NCBI RefSeq assembly: GCF_006345805.1
Contig: NC_043013.1
Location: 31,000,001 to 31,064,000, forward strand
Origin: Octopus sinensis
Taxonomy: Eukaryota
Direction of reading: 5' to 3'
Length of the DNA stretch: 64,000 nucleotides
The notes under the pieces were generated by a model. The model was not told the DNA's origin. It did not search any database and saw only the letters and a list, made by a program, of their open reading frames with translations. Shown piece after piece: positions 26,700 to 38,620 of this stretch (positions are counted from its first letter, which is position 1; each line of letters opens with the position of its first letter). The position numbers and the translations under genes are program-made.

Positions 26700-27662
26700 C
26701 CGTGTGCATCGAAAGACTTCTGTCTGACCATCACATAAAAAAAAAACTGAGCTTGTCTATCACCCTATTCGTAACCGTCTTCTCGCTGTTGACCCTACTG
26801 TATATGTTTATGGGAAAACTTTAGAAAATTGTTCAGTCCTACACTTATCTCGGCTCCAATGATGTGAAGATAGATAAAGAAATCCAGTCCAGAATGGGCA
26901 AGACTAGCTCCGATTTCGTTAAACCTTATCATAGGCTATGGAACAGCCACGATATATCGTTGAAGATGAAAGTTAATGTATATAAGTTGGGCGTCTTAAG
27001 AATATTGCTTAAAAGTTCTGAATCTTGGAATTTGGATTGAAAGCACATCAGTCAGCTTGACGCTTTTTATTTGCAATGCTTGAGTTTTGTCTCAATATAA
27101 AACCGAGCAATCATATTCCTAACAGTGAGGTACTTACAAAATGCAACGTATCAGGTGTTGAAGCCATCCTCATCAAAATACAGATTACTCGCGTATGAGT
27201 GGCATCAGAATTCCGAAGTAAGTTCTCTTTGGCAAATTCCCAACAGGAAGATCAGTTGGAAGGCCACCCTTGCGCTTCAAACACAAACTAAAAGACAACC
27301 TCAAACGATGCAATATTCCCTTTCCTTCCTGTAAAGACGAAGCATCAGAACGCAGGACCTGGTGCTACTCCTGCTTCTCCGTAGTTCAAAAATTTGGGCA
27401 AAATCGACTCCGTCACCGGGGCCAACTTCATACAAGCATGAGAGCACGCTGGCAAAACACTGCTCCTCTAAATGGAAATTTTACCTCCCATTGTGGTTTT
27501 GTGGTACGAAGCAATTCAGGCCTAGCCGTCCACTCAAGAAAATACGTAATAAATAATCCATAAGCACTCAAGAAAACTGAGTCCTCAAGTTGTTCTATTT
27601 GCCAAAAGGTTTGCAGGGCACCAGTAGGCCTCAAGAGACACGTTCGTATCCATATAATATGA
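26700..27662 (+). mobile_element. RTE-clade (BovB-like) LINE 3' fragment with C-terminal C2H2-type fingers, pseudogenised
   Basis: DKEIQSRMGK..RLWNSHDISLKMKVNVYK..SESW..QLDAFYLQCL, IPNSEVLTKC, RFKHKLKDNLKRCNI, ERRTW, then HCGFVVRSNSGLAVH and CSICQKVCRAPVGLKRHVRIH-N-I-stop. Confidence 0.85.
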
Positions 27663-28124
27663 CCAATGCTTCATTTTATTGAACTTTCATTTATCATTCA
27701 TGACATATACCCCAGTGCTGCATTTCCCGAAGCGCTCCTTAAAAGTGTGACAAAATGACACTACATTGTCAATATGCATCAGAAATATATCATATGAAAT
27801 CAGGAGAACTATATTACCTCCTAAGGTCTATTTTTCCTCTATTCAATACAAATTCTTAGTCTTGAAATCTATTCTTAAATCCCGTAGCAAGCTATCACAA
27901 TTAAAGTTATATATAATTACTTCAGATTAGCCCAATTTATCTAAACTAATCCGCTTCTACCGGCTCTATCATAATCCTTGTATTCACCAATAAAATCCCC
28001 GGGTTTTAATTCTGATTGTTGATAATTCAACAACAATCAATAAGAAAGAGATACATTTTAGTTCGGATATACGATTCAGAAGAAATTTAACAGAATTCAC
28101 TACAAACAGACTAAAAACATTGCG

Positions 28125-28330
28125 TTCTTGTAGAATCGTTAGCATGTCGGACAAATTGATTATCGGCATTTTGTCCGTCTTTGTTCTGAGCTCAATTTCC
28201 ACTGGAGTCGACTTTGCATTTTGACTATTCAAAGTTCATGAAATAACTACTAATTGAGTACTGGGGTTGATGTAATCGACTAAATACCTCCACCAAACGT
28301 TCACACGTGGCTTCTTTAGTAGAAAGGATT
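28125..28330 (+). mobile_element. SINE family B (tail type 2), degenerate
   Basis: GAATCGTTAGCATG...GTTCTGAGCTCAATTTCC...GTCGACTTTGC...CTGGGGTTGATGTAATCGACT...TAGTAGAAAGGAT. Confidence 0.7.
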
Positions 28331-28380
28331 ATATATTGGATGTGCTCAACAAATTTAAGTGAATAATTATGATATTAGAA

Positions 28381-28437
28381 TATTTCAAGTCTCACATCTT
28401 CAAACTGTATTTCAAGTCTCACATCTTCAAACTGTAT
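28381..28437. repeat. 27-bp tandem duplication
   Basis: TATTTCAAGTCTCACATCTTCAAACTG occurs twice. Confidence 0.92.
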
Positions 28438-28463
28438 AGTTTTCTCATCAATTATTCAAAATA

Positions 28464-28859
28464 GGTGCAGGATTGGCTGTGTAGTAAGTAGTTTGTTTAC
28501 CAACTACATGGTTTCGGGTTCAGCCCCACTACGTGGAAACTTGGGCAAGTGGCTTCTGCTATATTCTCGGGCCGACCAAAGCCTTGTGAGTGGATTTGGT
28601 TGACGGAAACCGAAAGCCAGTCGTATATATGTATATGTATATATGTATGAGTGTGTGTTTGTGTGTCTGTGTTTATCCTTCCAACACCGCTTGACACCCG
28701 ATGCTGGTAAGTTTACGTCCCCGTAGCTAAGGGGTTCGGCAAAAGAAACCGATAGAATAAGTACTGGGCTTACAAAGTATAAGTCCTGGAGTAGATTTGC
28801 TCGACTGAAGGCGGTGTTCCAGCATGGCCGCAGTCAAATGACAAGTAAAAAGTAAAAGA
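28464..28859 (+). mobile_element. tRNA-derived SINE family A, full length
   Basis: A-box-like TGGCTGTGTAG, B-box-like GGTTCAGCCCC, CORE-like CTTGGGCAAGTG, internal (TA)/(TG) tract, and 3' end ATGGCCGCAGTCAAATGAC..AGTAAAA. Confidence 0.9.
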
Positions 28860-28968
28860 ATATCATGCATGTTGAAAGACTACCCATCCACATCCCCTGT
28901 GAAGATTAATTTGCAGAAGAGTTTGGATATTAAAGAAATCAAACAGAAGTAATAGACTTATATGTATC

Positions 28969-29372
28969 TCACTTTTACTCTTTTACTTGTTTCAGTCATT
29001 TGACTGCGGCCATGCTGGAGCACCGCCTTTAATAGAGCAACTCGACCCTGGGACTTATTCTTTGTAATCCCACTACTTATTCTATCGATGTCTTTTGCCG
29101 AACCGCTAAGTAACGTGAACATAAACACACCAGCATCGGTTGTCAAACAAGGCTAGGGGGACAAACGCAGACACACAAACACACACAAGCATATATATAT
29201 ATACATGCATATGACGGGCTTCTTTCAGTTTCCGTCTACCAAATCCACTCACAAGGCTTTGGTCGGCCCGAGGCAATAGTAGAAGACACTTGCCCAAGTT
29301 GCCACGCAGTGGGACTGAACCCGGAACCATGTGGTTGGTAAGCAAGCTACTTATGACACACCCACTCCTGCG

Positions 29373-29374
<2 letters not shown>
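28969..29374 (-). mobile_element. SINE family A, full length, inverted relative to the neighbouring copy
   Basis: Reverse complement begins GGCGCAGGAGTGG and ends GACTGAAACAAGTAAAAGAGTAAAAG. Confidence 0.92.
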
Positions 29375-29411
<37 letters not shown>

Positions 29412-29804
29412 ATAAATATATATGCATTTGTGTGTTGTGCAGGTGTGCATGTTCCTGTTGGTATGAACGTCTATATGTATGAATGTATATATGTACATAT
29501 ATATATATATATATATATGAGAGAAGGAAAGAAAGAGAGAGAGAGAGACAGTGTAAGAGAATTGGTGTAGATAGGTTGTACAATTCATAGTGAAACATCC
29601 GTCTGCACATTAATTATGTGTTTCGTATGTATATGTGCGCATATGAGTGTGGTGTGCATGCAAGTGTGTGGACATAACAGTATTGTAGTATTTGTTTAAA
29701 TAAAAATCCTCGAAAATGAGCAAAAATATCAATTTGGCTGAAATATTTCTTAGTATATTCAGAATTCTCTTCTATAGACATTTGCGATAAAATTAAAGTA
29801 AATC

Positions 29805-29980
29805 ATGGTTTCGAATTTGGGTAGAAGGCCAGTAATTATATCTACCCCACAGGTCAACTGTTGCGTAGGTTATGGACCTAGAAAGCAACAAAGGTAAATT
29901 GACCCAGGGGGAATTTGCACTCTGTACGTAAAGACGACCGAAATGCCGGAAAGCAATTCGGCCGATGTGCTAACGATTCA
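29805..29980 (-). mobile_element. SINE family B, degenerate
   Basis: Plus strand ...gaatttgcactctgtacgtaaagacga...gatgtgctaacgattc matches the reverse complement of the family B head. Confidence 0.6.
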
Positions 29981-32569
29981 ATGTACTAAAGTATATATTG
30001 ACTCACTTATAAAATATTCATATGTCATAGGTATTACTTTTTATCGAAATTTGCAGTTGATTCTCTCCGTTGAGCGTTTAATGTCTTTTTTTTATAATTC
30101 CGATATTCTAAATCTCTAATGTAAATAAGTCTCAAATATTTTCTTGCCATCTCGACAGCCGTATGTCATATGTGTGTGCGCGTATATATATATATATGTA
30201 TGTATTTAGGAATATATATTAGTACCTGTCTGTTGGAGTGTGTGAGCTTGTAAACTTTTATATAACTCTGCATTTTTGCTTGGATCTTTGCTTACATATA
30301 TGTTTGTATGCGTGTGCCTGTGTGTCTAAGTATATTTGATACCAACACATCACACATATATATATATATATATATATATAGCCAAGTATATATATTTCTT
30401 AAATACATATTTATACACACACTCATAGGTGTATATCTATACGAGAGTTTTGTGTAAATATTACCTATTCTGTTAAAGGATATGTGCTTTCAAGTGTGTC
30501 AGTTGATATTGTTAGTTCATTAATTTCTCTCAAGTACAATGAAATTATACTGTCCATGGAAACTCCGGGAAGCCATAATGTATTTAATAGAGCAGAACAA
30601 CATTCCAAGCGCTGGCGTTCGGAAATATTGACTACGCGTTAATTAGCCATGAAACAGCTTCCCTCGTGTAAATACGCCATACTAATTTTTTTACAAAATA
30701 TTATACCATCTCCGCACTCGGTTCTGAACTTTTAACCAACGAACCAATACTTCCGTACGTCATTTAGAATTTTGCTAATATGCAATTAATTGAATGTAGT
30801 ATATATTTGTTTAATAGTACCAATCAGCACCAACAATATCTATTTCAGTGAGAAACATGATGCCATTTGCTTTCAGTAGAATTATACTTTGCTTTATATA
30901 AATCTTGGTAATGGAGTGTGAATCAATAAAAATCACATTATACAGGTATCTGTATTATTTTAGAGTCGTTCGGCAACTCACCATGATAACAATTTACACT
31001 TTGTTGGACATAATTTTCTCGGTTATATGCAAGTAATTGACCACTATGACACATAACTATTACTACTTGTAGTTTTCTGAATTGCTAAACTTAACAACAT
31101 CTCCATATATCTTACTCAAATCAAAGAACTGATATCTCTGTGTTTCGAATTATGAGATCGAAATAAATACATTTACATTTCTGTATACAATGGCAGCAAC
31201 TCGAGAATTAGAATTAAAAAACGAAAGTCGCTGGTTACTGCATAACGTGAGTGAATCCATTATACATAACTATTGGTAGATGAATAGGACAGTATAATTT
31301 TTCAAGCAGAAAGTATACGTAGTTAAATATAAAAAAATACCAATAATCTGACCAAAATGTTAAGATAAATGACCTTCAATTATCAAGTACATAAATCTTA
31401 TATCATATCTAATGTTTCCAAGTTCGGATAATACAATGACTCTTACGTTCCCTCGTATGGTTCATGAAAACCAGAAAACTTTTAGGATACTGTCATAGTA
31501 GTAAAGATCAAATTCAGTCCACGTATTCTGTATTTAACTTGATGATCAAATATCCCGAGCTTGTCGCCTTTATATAACTTAATTCTAATCAGTATATGAG
31601 ATAATGCTATTTTTTTCCTAAGTAGAACAATAATTTTGTTTGCTTGTTTCCTATGAAACAGCAGTCGTTTAAAGGTGTCTTTACAATTGTTGAATGAACT
31701 ACCAAATGCTTTTAGCTTTGAAATGAACAAGGAGAAAAGGATGGTAACTGGAACTTATACAACATCTGAGATTAAAACAAAAATGATATTTGGCATGTAA
31801 CCAAGCATTCCGTATTCATGCCAATTCTCCGTCTAATTCTGGCGTGTCATAAAACTATTCGTATCTTTAAGAATACAAGTATTTATCATTTTCACTTTCG
31901 TACTTCATTTTTTTTTTCATTACCTCTCTCATCTTAAATATTTGCCTGCTTAGACTAAATATACACCGAAAATTTAAATTGCATATGCAGAACACATACA
32001 CGTTCTCTGCATTTAGATTGACAGAAAATTGGTTCCAGGAGAGGGAACGATATCTATCAACACTCAGTTTCCAAAATATATTACAGAAATAACCTGACAC
32101 ATCCCCATAGAATACAACGGAGTCCTTAGGAAAGCATTTTCTATAGAATAAATATAGCTATTTCTTCTATTTTATAGGAATCCCAATTTTCTAATGTATG
32201 TATGACCGCATATATATACACTTATACACGCACACATAAATATATGTGTGTATTTATTTTTATGTTCCGTAATAATAAGCCAATTTTACATTAATCTGAT
32301 GGGTCGCTATCTACATTTGTAGAATACAACTTTATTATTCTTATAGAAGATCGTTGTTGACAGTAAATTGAAGCTTTGACCAGCTACCCCATTGTCACGC
32401 AATACCTTATCTGGCCAAAATTTCGAAGTCACTATCTGCATTTCAATTAAATAGATATCTATTTTAGCATTTGAATGTTTTCATGACACATGAATAAGAG
32501 TGAATCTGATTACAAATAGATCAATCATGCTCTCACTGAAACATAGAGCTTACGTAGCAAAGAAATGCT

Positions 32570-32613
<44 letters not shown>

Positions 32614-33435
32614 GTATGTGTGTGTGTATGTATGTATGAATGTACAACACAGATGTATTTGCATGGAGATAAAAATTTTCAGTAAGACACAATCATTAAA
32701 GGAAGTTAAAATTTAAATAACCTACTGCAACATGCGTGTCATTTATACAAATCTTAAGCTAGGTTCGCATGTAACCAAATGTACTACTAAGCATTTTGAT
32801 GTTGAATACAGCCGCAACTTCGGGATATTGATCTTGAATTTCGATATATTATCATAATGATAATTTTAAACACATTCAATGTTTCCATCTTCTTTATATT
32901 CTTGGTACTTCCTTCAGAGAATAACAGCTGTTAGAGACGCATAATTTTGTCTGCTTTCATGCAGCTCCTATACGAGCAGGCTGTAATATGTGAAATCGTT
33001 ACAGTTTCACTGACGTTACTGTCCGTGTTGTTTGTGTCATTGTCTCCCATATTACATGTTTTAGTGTTTGGGTCACTTATTTCAATTAATTGTTCCCCAC
33101 AATTTTCAAGTTTTATCTCTCTAGTACATTTAGTTGTATACATTATTTTAGCTAATGTAGTATTTCTACATATGATATAATTATGTAAGGCATCATTTTG
33201 GGTAACGAGACTGTAATGTTTATTAATACAGTTTCAAATATATATGAAACAAAACCCTTTTCTATTGCCTGCTGCAGGACTATGGTAATGCCTCACTTTG
33301 CCTTATAGATATTTTTCAAAACTGCTCGAAAGTAAGATTCATTTGTTAATGCTTGAAAAAGGATGTGACGCACAAAATGTCTCCTCATTTAAGATACACT
33401 TATAAGTAATATTGATTTCGAGGAATTAGTAACTT

Positions 33436-33975
33436 ATGTGGACACCAGTACTTAAATGGTATTCATTTCATCGACCCCAAAAGGATGAAACGCAAAATGA
33501 ACTTCAGTGGAATTTGAAGTCAGAACGCTAATCATTTCGTCTTGCGTGATAATGATTCGATAATGTTTCTTATTTCTTTATTGCCCACAAGTGGTTAACC
33601 ATAGAGGGGAAAAACAAGGACAGACAAAGGGATTAAGTCGATTACATCGGCCCCAGCGCGTAACTGGCACTTAATTTATCGACCCGAAAGGATAAAAGGC
33701 AAAGTCGACCTCGGCGGAATTTGAACTCAGAACGTAGCGGCAGACGAAATACCGCTAAGCATTTCGCATAGCGTGCTAAAGTATCATCCTTTCTACTATA
33801 GGTACAAAGCCTGAAATTTTGGGTGAAAAGTCAATTACATCGGCCCCCAGTACTTAAGTAGTACTCATTTTATCGATCCTGAAATGATGAAAAGCAAAAT
33901 TGAACCTCGGTGGAATTTGAACTCGGACTTTCAGACGGACGAAATGCTAAGCACTTTGCCCGGCGTGCTAAAGAT
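33436..33975 (-). mobile_element. Three head-to-tail SINE family B copies
   Basis: GGAATTTGAA(C/G)TC(A/G)GA recurs near 33510, 33717 and 33912. The middle copy (about 33565-33780) is well conserved with tail type 1; the right copy has tail type 2. Confidence 0.85.
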
Positions 33976-34197
33976 TGTGTAAGCTTTAAAATTATAAGTA
34001 ACATTAAAATGTATGATTATTGATTTGGCAATAACGCTAGGACGTCGAACAAAACGCTTAGCGGCATTTGTTCCCCCTGTATGCTTAGAATTTTAATTTT
34101 TCATTTCCTGCTTTCGTGGTCGAGGACCACTGGGGTGATATAATTGACATGACCTTCGCCTAGTTTTTTTAGATTTTATGCCTACAATAGAAAATAT

Positions 34198-34212
34198 GAT
34201 TATTATTATTAT

Positions 34213-34262
<50 letters not shown>

Positions 34263-34306
34263 GTAGCAGCAGCAACAGTAGCAGCAGTAGCAGTAGTAGT
34301 AGTAGT

Positions 34307-34338
<32 letters not shown>

Positions 34339-34341
34339 TAA
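34198..34341. repeat. (ATT)/(AGT)/(AGC) compound microsatellite
   Basis: Directly visible. Confidence 0.95.
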
Positions 34342-34517
34342 TCAAATTGGTCAAACAATCTGAAATACTTATTTTTGATATGAATATCATTATTTTAAGA
34401 AACGGACATATTTGTTATTTGTATGGGCTCTGTGAAATTGTGTACTTTCCATGGTATCTGGTACTCAGTATGAACTGTGTATACTTTCGAACTTAAGTTG
34501 TGTCACATGACTCTCCC

Positions 34518-34925
<408 letters not shown>

Positions 34926-35456
34926 TATAATAATTATAATTAATGAAAAATATGTAACAAAGCAAAACTAACCTGTTGTATTATCGTTAGTTTTTATTCT
35001 GTTATGAATAAAAGTGCAGAAATTCATCGCGAACATTTTTGTTTGATGTAAGTCCTCAGATTTCTATTCAGAAGAAAATAATTTGGATTTAGTTTAAGAA
35101 TCACCTATAATCATTTACCGATGGTTTAGAGTCGGAAACTTTACATACGTGAATTTCAAAATAAACTGGTCAACAAATTCTGTCATTTTAATTGGACAGT
35201 ATATTGCCTAAGTGACAGAAACAAAATTTAGAATATATTTCCTGAGTGCAATACAAAGTTTTCTCCGAAAAGCAATTAGCATATGGTATTAATTAATTCA
35301 TCAGCTCATTTTGAAATGTCCTTTCTAATTTGTCTTGTAATGCCTTAGGCACAATTCAAAGAAAGTAGGTGTCAGACTAAAAAAAAATAGATACAGGTGT
35401 ATTTATATGTCTGTGTGTGTTGCGCGCGCACGCGTATATGTGTATGTGTTTCTATG

Positions 35457-35863
35457 TACTCTTTTACTTGTTTCAGGCATTTGACTGCGGCCATGCTGGA
35501 GCACCGCCTTTAGTCGAGCAAATTGACCCTGGGACTTATTCTTTGTAAGCCCAGTACTTATTCTATCGGTCTCTTATGCCGAACCGCTAAGTGACAGGGC
35601 TGTAACACACCAGCATCAGTTGTCAAGCGATGTTGGGGGGACAAACACAGACACACAAACATATACACATACACATACATATATATATACATATATACAC
35701 ATATATACGACGGGCTTCTTTCAATTTCCGTCTACCAAATCCACTCACAAAGCTTTGGTCGACCTGAGGCAATAGTAGAGGATACTTGCCTAAGGTGCCA
35801 CGCAGTGGGACTGAACCCGGAACCATGTGGTTGGTAAACAAGCTACTTACCACACAGCCACTC
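35457..35863 (-). mobile_element. SINE family A, near full length, well conserved
   Basis: Closely matches 62882-63285. Confidence 0.92.
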
Positions 35864-36185
35864 ACGGATAAGATATACTGTTCATATTCAAATCATGTGA
35901 GCTCTTACGAAGTATTATTATTCCTGCAAAGTAAAAGTCGTATTTGTTGCTGAATGCAATTCATTATTTACTTTCATGGACATTCCTACCTTACGAATCT
36001 AGTCATCAATTTTAAAAGCAAGAGTGCCTAATGGCGCTCCCGCTGTGAAAGTGCTGGTTATTTAGATGGAAAAACCTACTTACAATATAATATTCCACAT
36101 AACAACGTCCCTTTTTGCATTGTCATGTAAAACAAAACGGCATTTCAATATATTCCACTAGCTTCAATCTATACACGCAACGGTA

Positions 36186-36674
<489 letters not shown>

Positions 36675-37969
36675 TATATTTGAAATATATTTGATGACCA
36701 TTGGCAAAGTAAATTTTCGTCGATCGTGGAAAGCTTTTAGCACAATCGCCGTGAAGACATGCATGACCTAAAGATGGAACCATAATATGGTCGTTTGAGC
36801 AGAGCTAAGCTAACAAGGAAATCTCTATTTAGTCGTTTGTTCTGATGGAATTAAAATGTAAAATGTTCCTCATATCAAATCATAGAATCTCAAAACATTT
36901 AAAAAGACAGCAAATTTAGGGCTGGAATGGATTTGAACATAAAACTACTCATTCTCGTTTCAGCTCCGGCTAAACTATATCAAAACCGAAAACATTTCTC
37001 AAAGACAACTGGACGGATCCACTTGACCTTTTGGAAATAGCACTTCAAATGGCATTTTAAATAACGAAAAGGACGTTAGATGCTGCAGTGTTCGATTTAC
37101 CCACAAGAATACGAAATCATATTGAATAAAATGCCTTTGATCCTATTTGTATCCAGTCGCATTTAACTATGGGCTAAACAACCTTAAAACCAACATACCG
37201 AAATGACTAATTTAGTTAGTATTAGATCACAAGCTCTTTTAATAAATGTTCCTTTCATCATTTACCGCTAACACCAACGTATAATTTACAATGAATCTCT
37301 TCAGAATTTTGTTTAATATTTCTGAAGTTATGCAGCGTATATTGTTTGTAACAAAGTTCTCATAATCTGCTTATAAATTCTAGCATTTACAGTATTACAT
37401 GAACAAAAGCAATCAATAATTCCTTGATACTCCATTTTATCTATTACACAAATAGTTTCAAATTCCTTTTAAACAATGTAAATATGTATTAAACCATCTA
37501 TTCAGACAATAAGAAATAATAGTAAATACATAAGGAAGTGTTATGTTACTTTTCTACCGCGCAAAATGTAATGACCGGAATATGTTTTAAACCCTTTTGT
37601 TAAGCCACTCTCTTATATTAAATAGATCCAGCTTGCTGAAAGCTGTTTTATTTGCACTAGTTTCCGATTTCCAAATCAGGGATATAAACAAATAACGATG
37701 TGCTATGTGCAAGAAAATCGATTTGAAGTGGTTTTACTCCAAATAGTGGACAATATTCGGAAAATACACAAGGATGATTCTGTTGATTTGATTTCGGAAC
37801 ATTTACCTTTCACATTATTTCTATGCATTTCGTTTATAATTAATAAATGCAAATAATGTTCGTACGAATACAAAAAAATATTAATATTGATTTTTAAAAT
37901 ACACAATGCCTTACATACAAAGCAAGCAAAACATTTTCTCGTACGCGTTGCCAAACCCTCGCTCATATA

Positions 37970-37995
37970 TAATAATAATAATAATCATAATAATG

Positions 37996-38027
<32 letters not shown>

Positions 38028-38150
38028 AATAATAATGGTAATGATATTAATAATAATGGTAATGATAATAATAATAATGGTAATGATAATAATAATAATA
38101 ATAATAATGATAATAATAATAATGATAATAATAATAATAATAATAATAAT
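37970..38150. repeat. (AAT)n/(GAT) microsatellite
   Basis: Directly visible. Confidence 0.95.
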
Positions 38151-38227
38151 ACCAAGGTTGTGGTCAATGAAGAGAGTAAACATGATGCCAATAATAATTG
38201 GAGCACTTGGAGGTATCAGCATTCAAC
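38151..38227 (+). mobile_element. Very short R4/Dong-type fragment from the endonuclease C-terminal region, abutting (AAT)n
   Basis: Translates PRLWSMKRVNMMPIIIGALGGI; the same PIIIGA motif occurs in the 18.7 kb element. Confidence 0.6.
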
Positions 38228-38279
38228 TGAATGAGATGCAGGACATATATTCATTGGTTGGCCCAGCTCTATTAACGCG

Positions 38280-38620
38280 CTAACTACAGGTTGTATCGAC
38301 CCTGAAGTGACAGAGGGTTAAAATTCTGGAGCTGAGTTGTTTGTTATTGGCGCAAATGTCGTTTTGTTCGCCGAATGCTATTATTCTGTTTTCCGAAATT
38401 TTGATCTGGTATCTGTGCAGAGCCATCCTTTGACATAGGCTGTTTTTAGTTTGGCTTCTGTATTGCTCACGACACCTAGAGAAGGTTAATACATATACCA
38501 GGTTCTCCGAAGCGCATGTGAAGTTGCTTTTCACTGTGAAACGTTGACACTATTTGAAAGACAACTCCAATCCCTCAATTAGGCTGAGGCATATAGCACA
38601 GTTAGGCCTTCCGCATTTTC
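38280..38620 (-). mobile_element. Penelope-like element GIY-YIG endonuclease fragment
   Basis: CGRPNCAIC (Cys linker), then FTVKSNFTCASENLVYVLTFSRCREQYRSQTKNSLCQRMALHRYQIK, a degenerate match to the PLE pattern N(L/V)VY.I.C..C...YIGQT...L..R...H. Confidence 0.8.

Noticed and set aside
28464-28540. tRNA-like A/B boxes at SINE heads considered as tRNA genes
   Set aside because: No complete cloverleaf seen; each continues into SINE body sequence repeated across the window.
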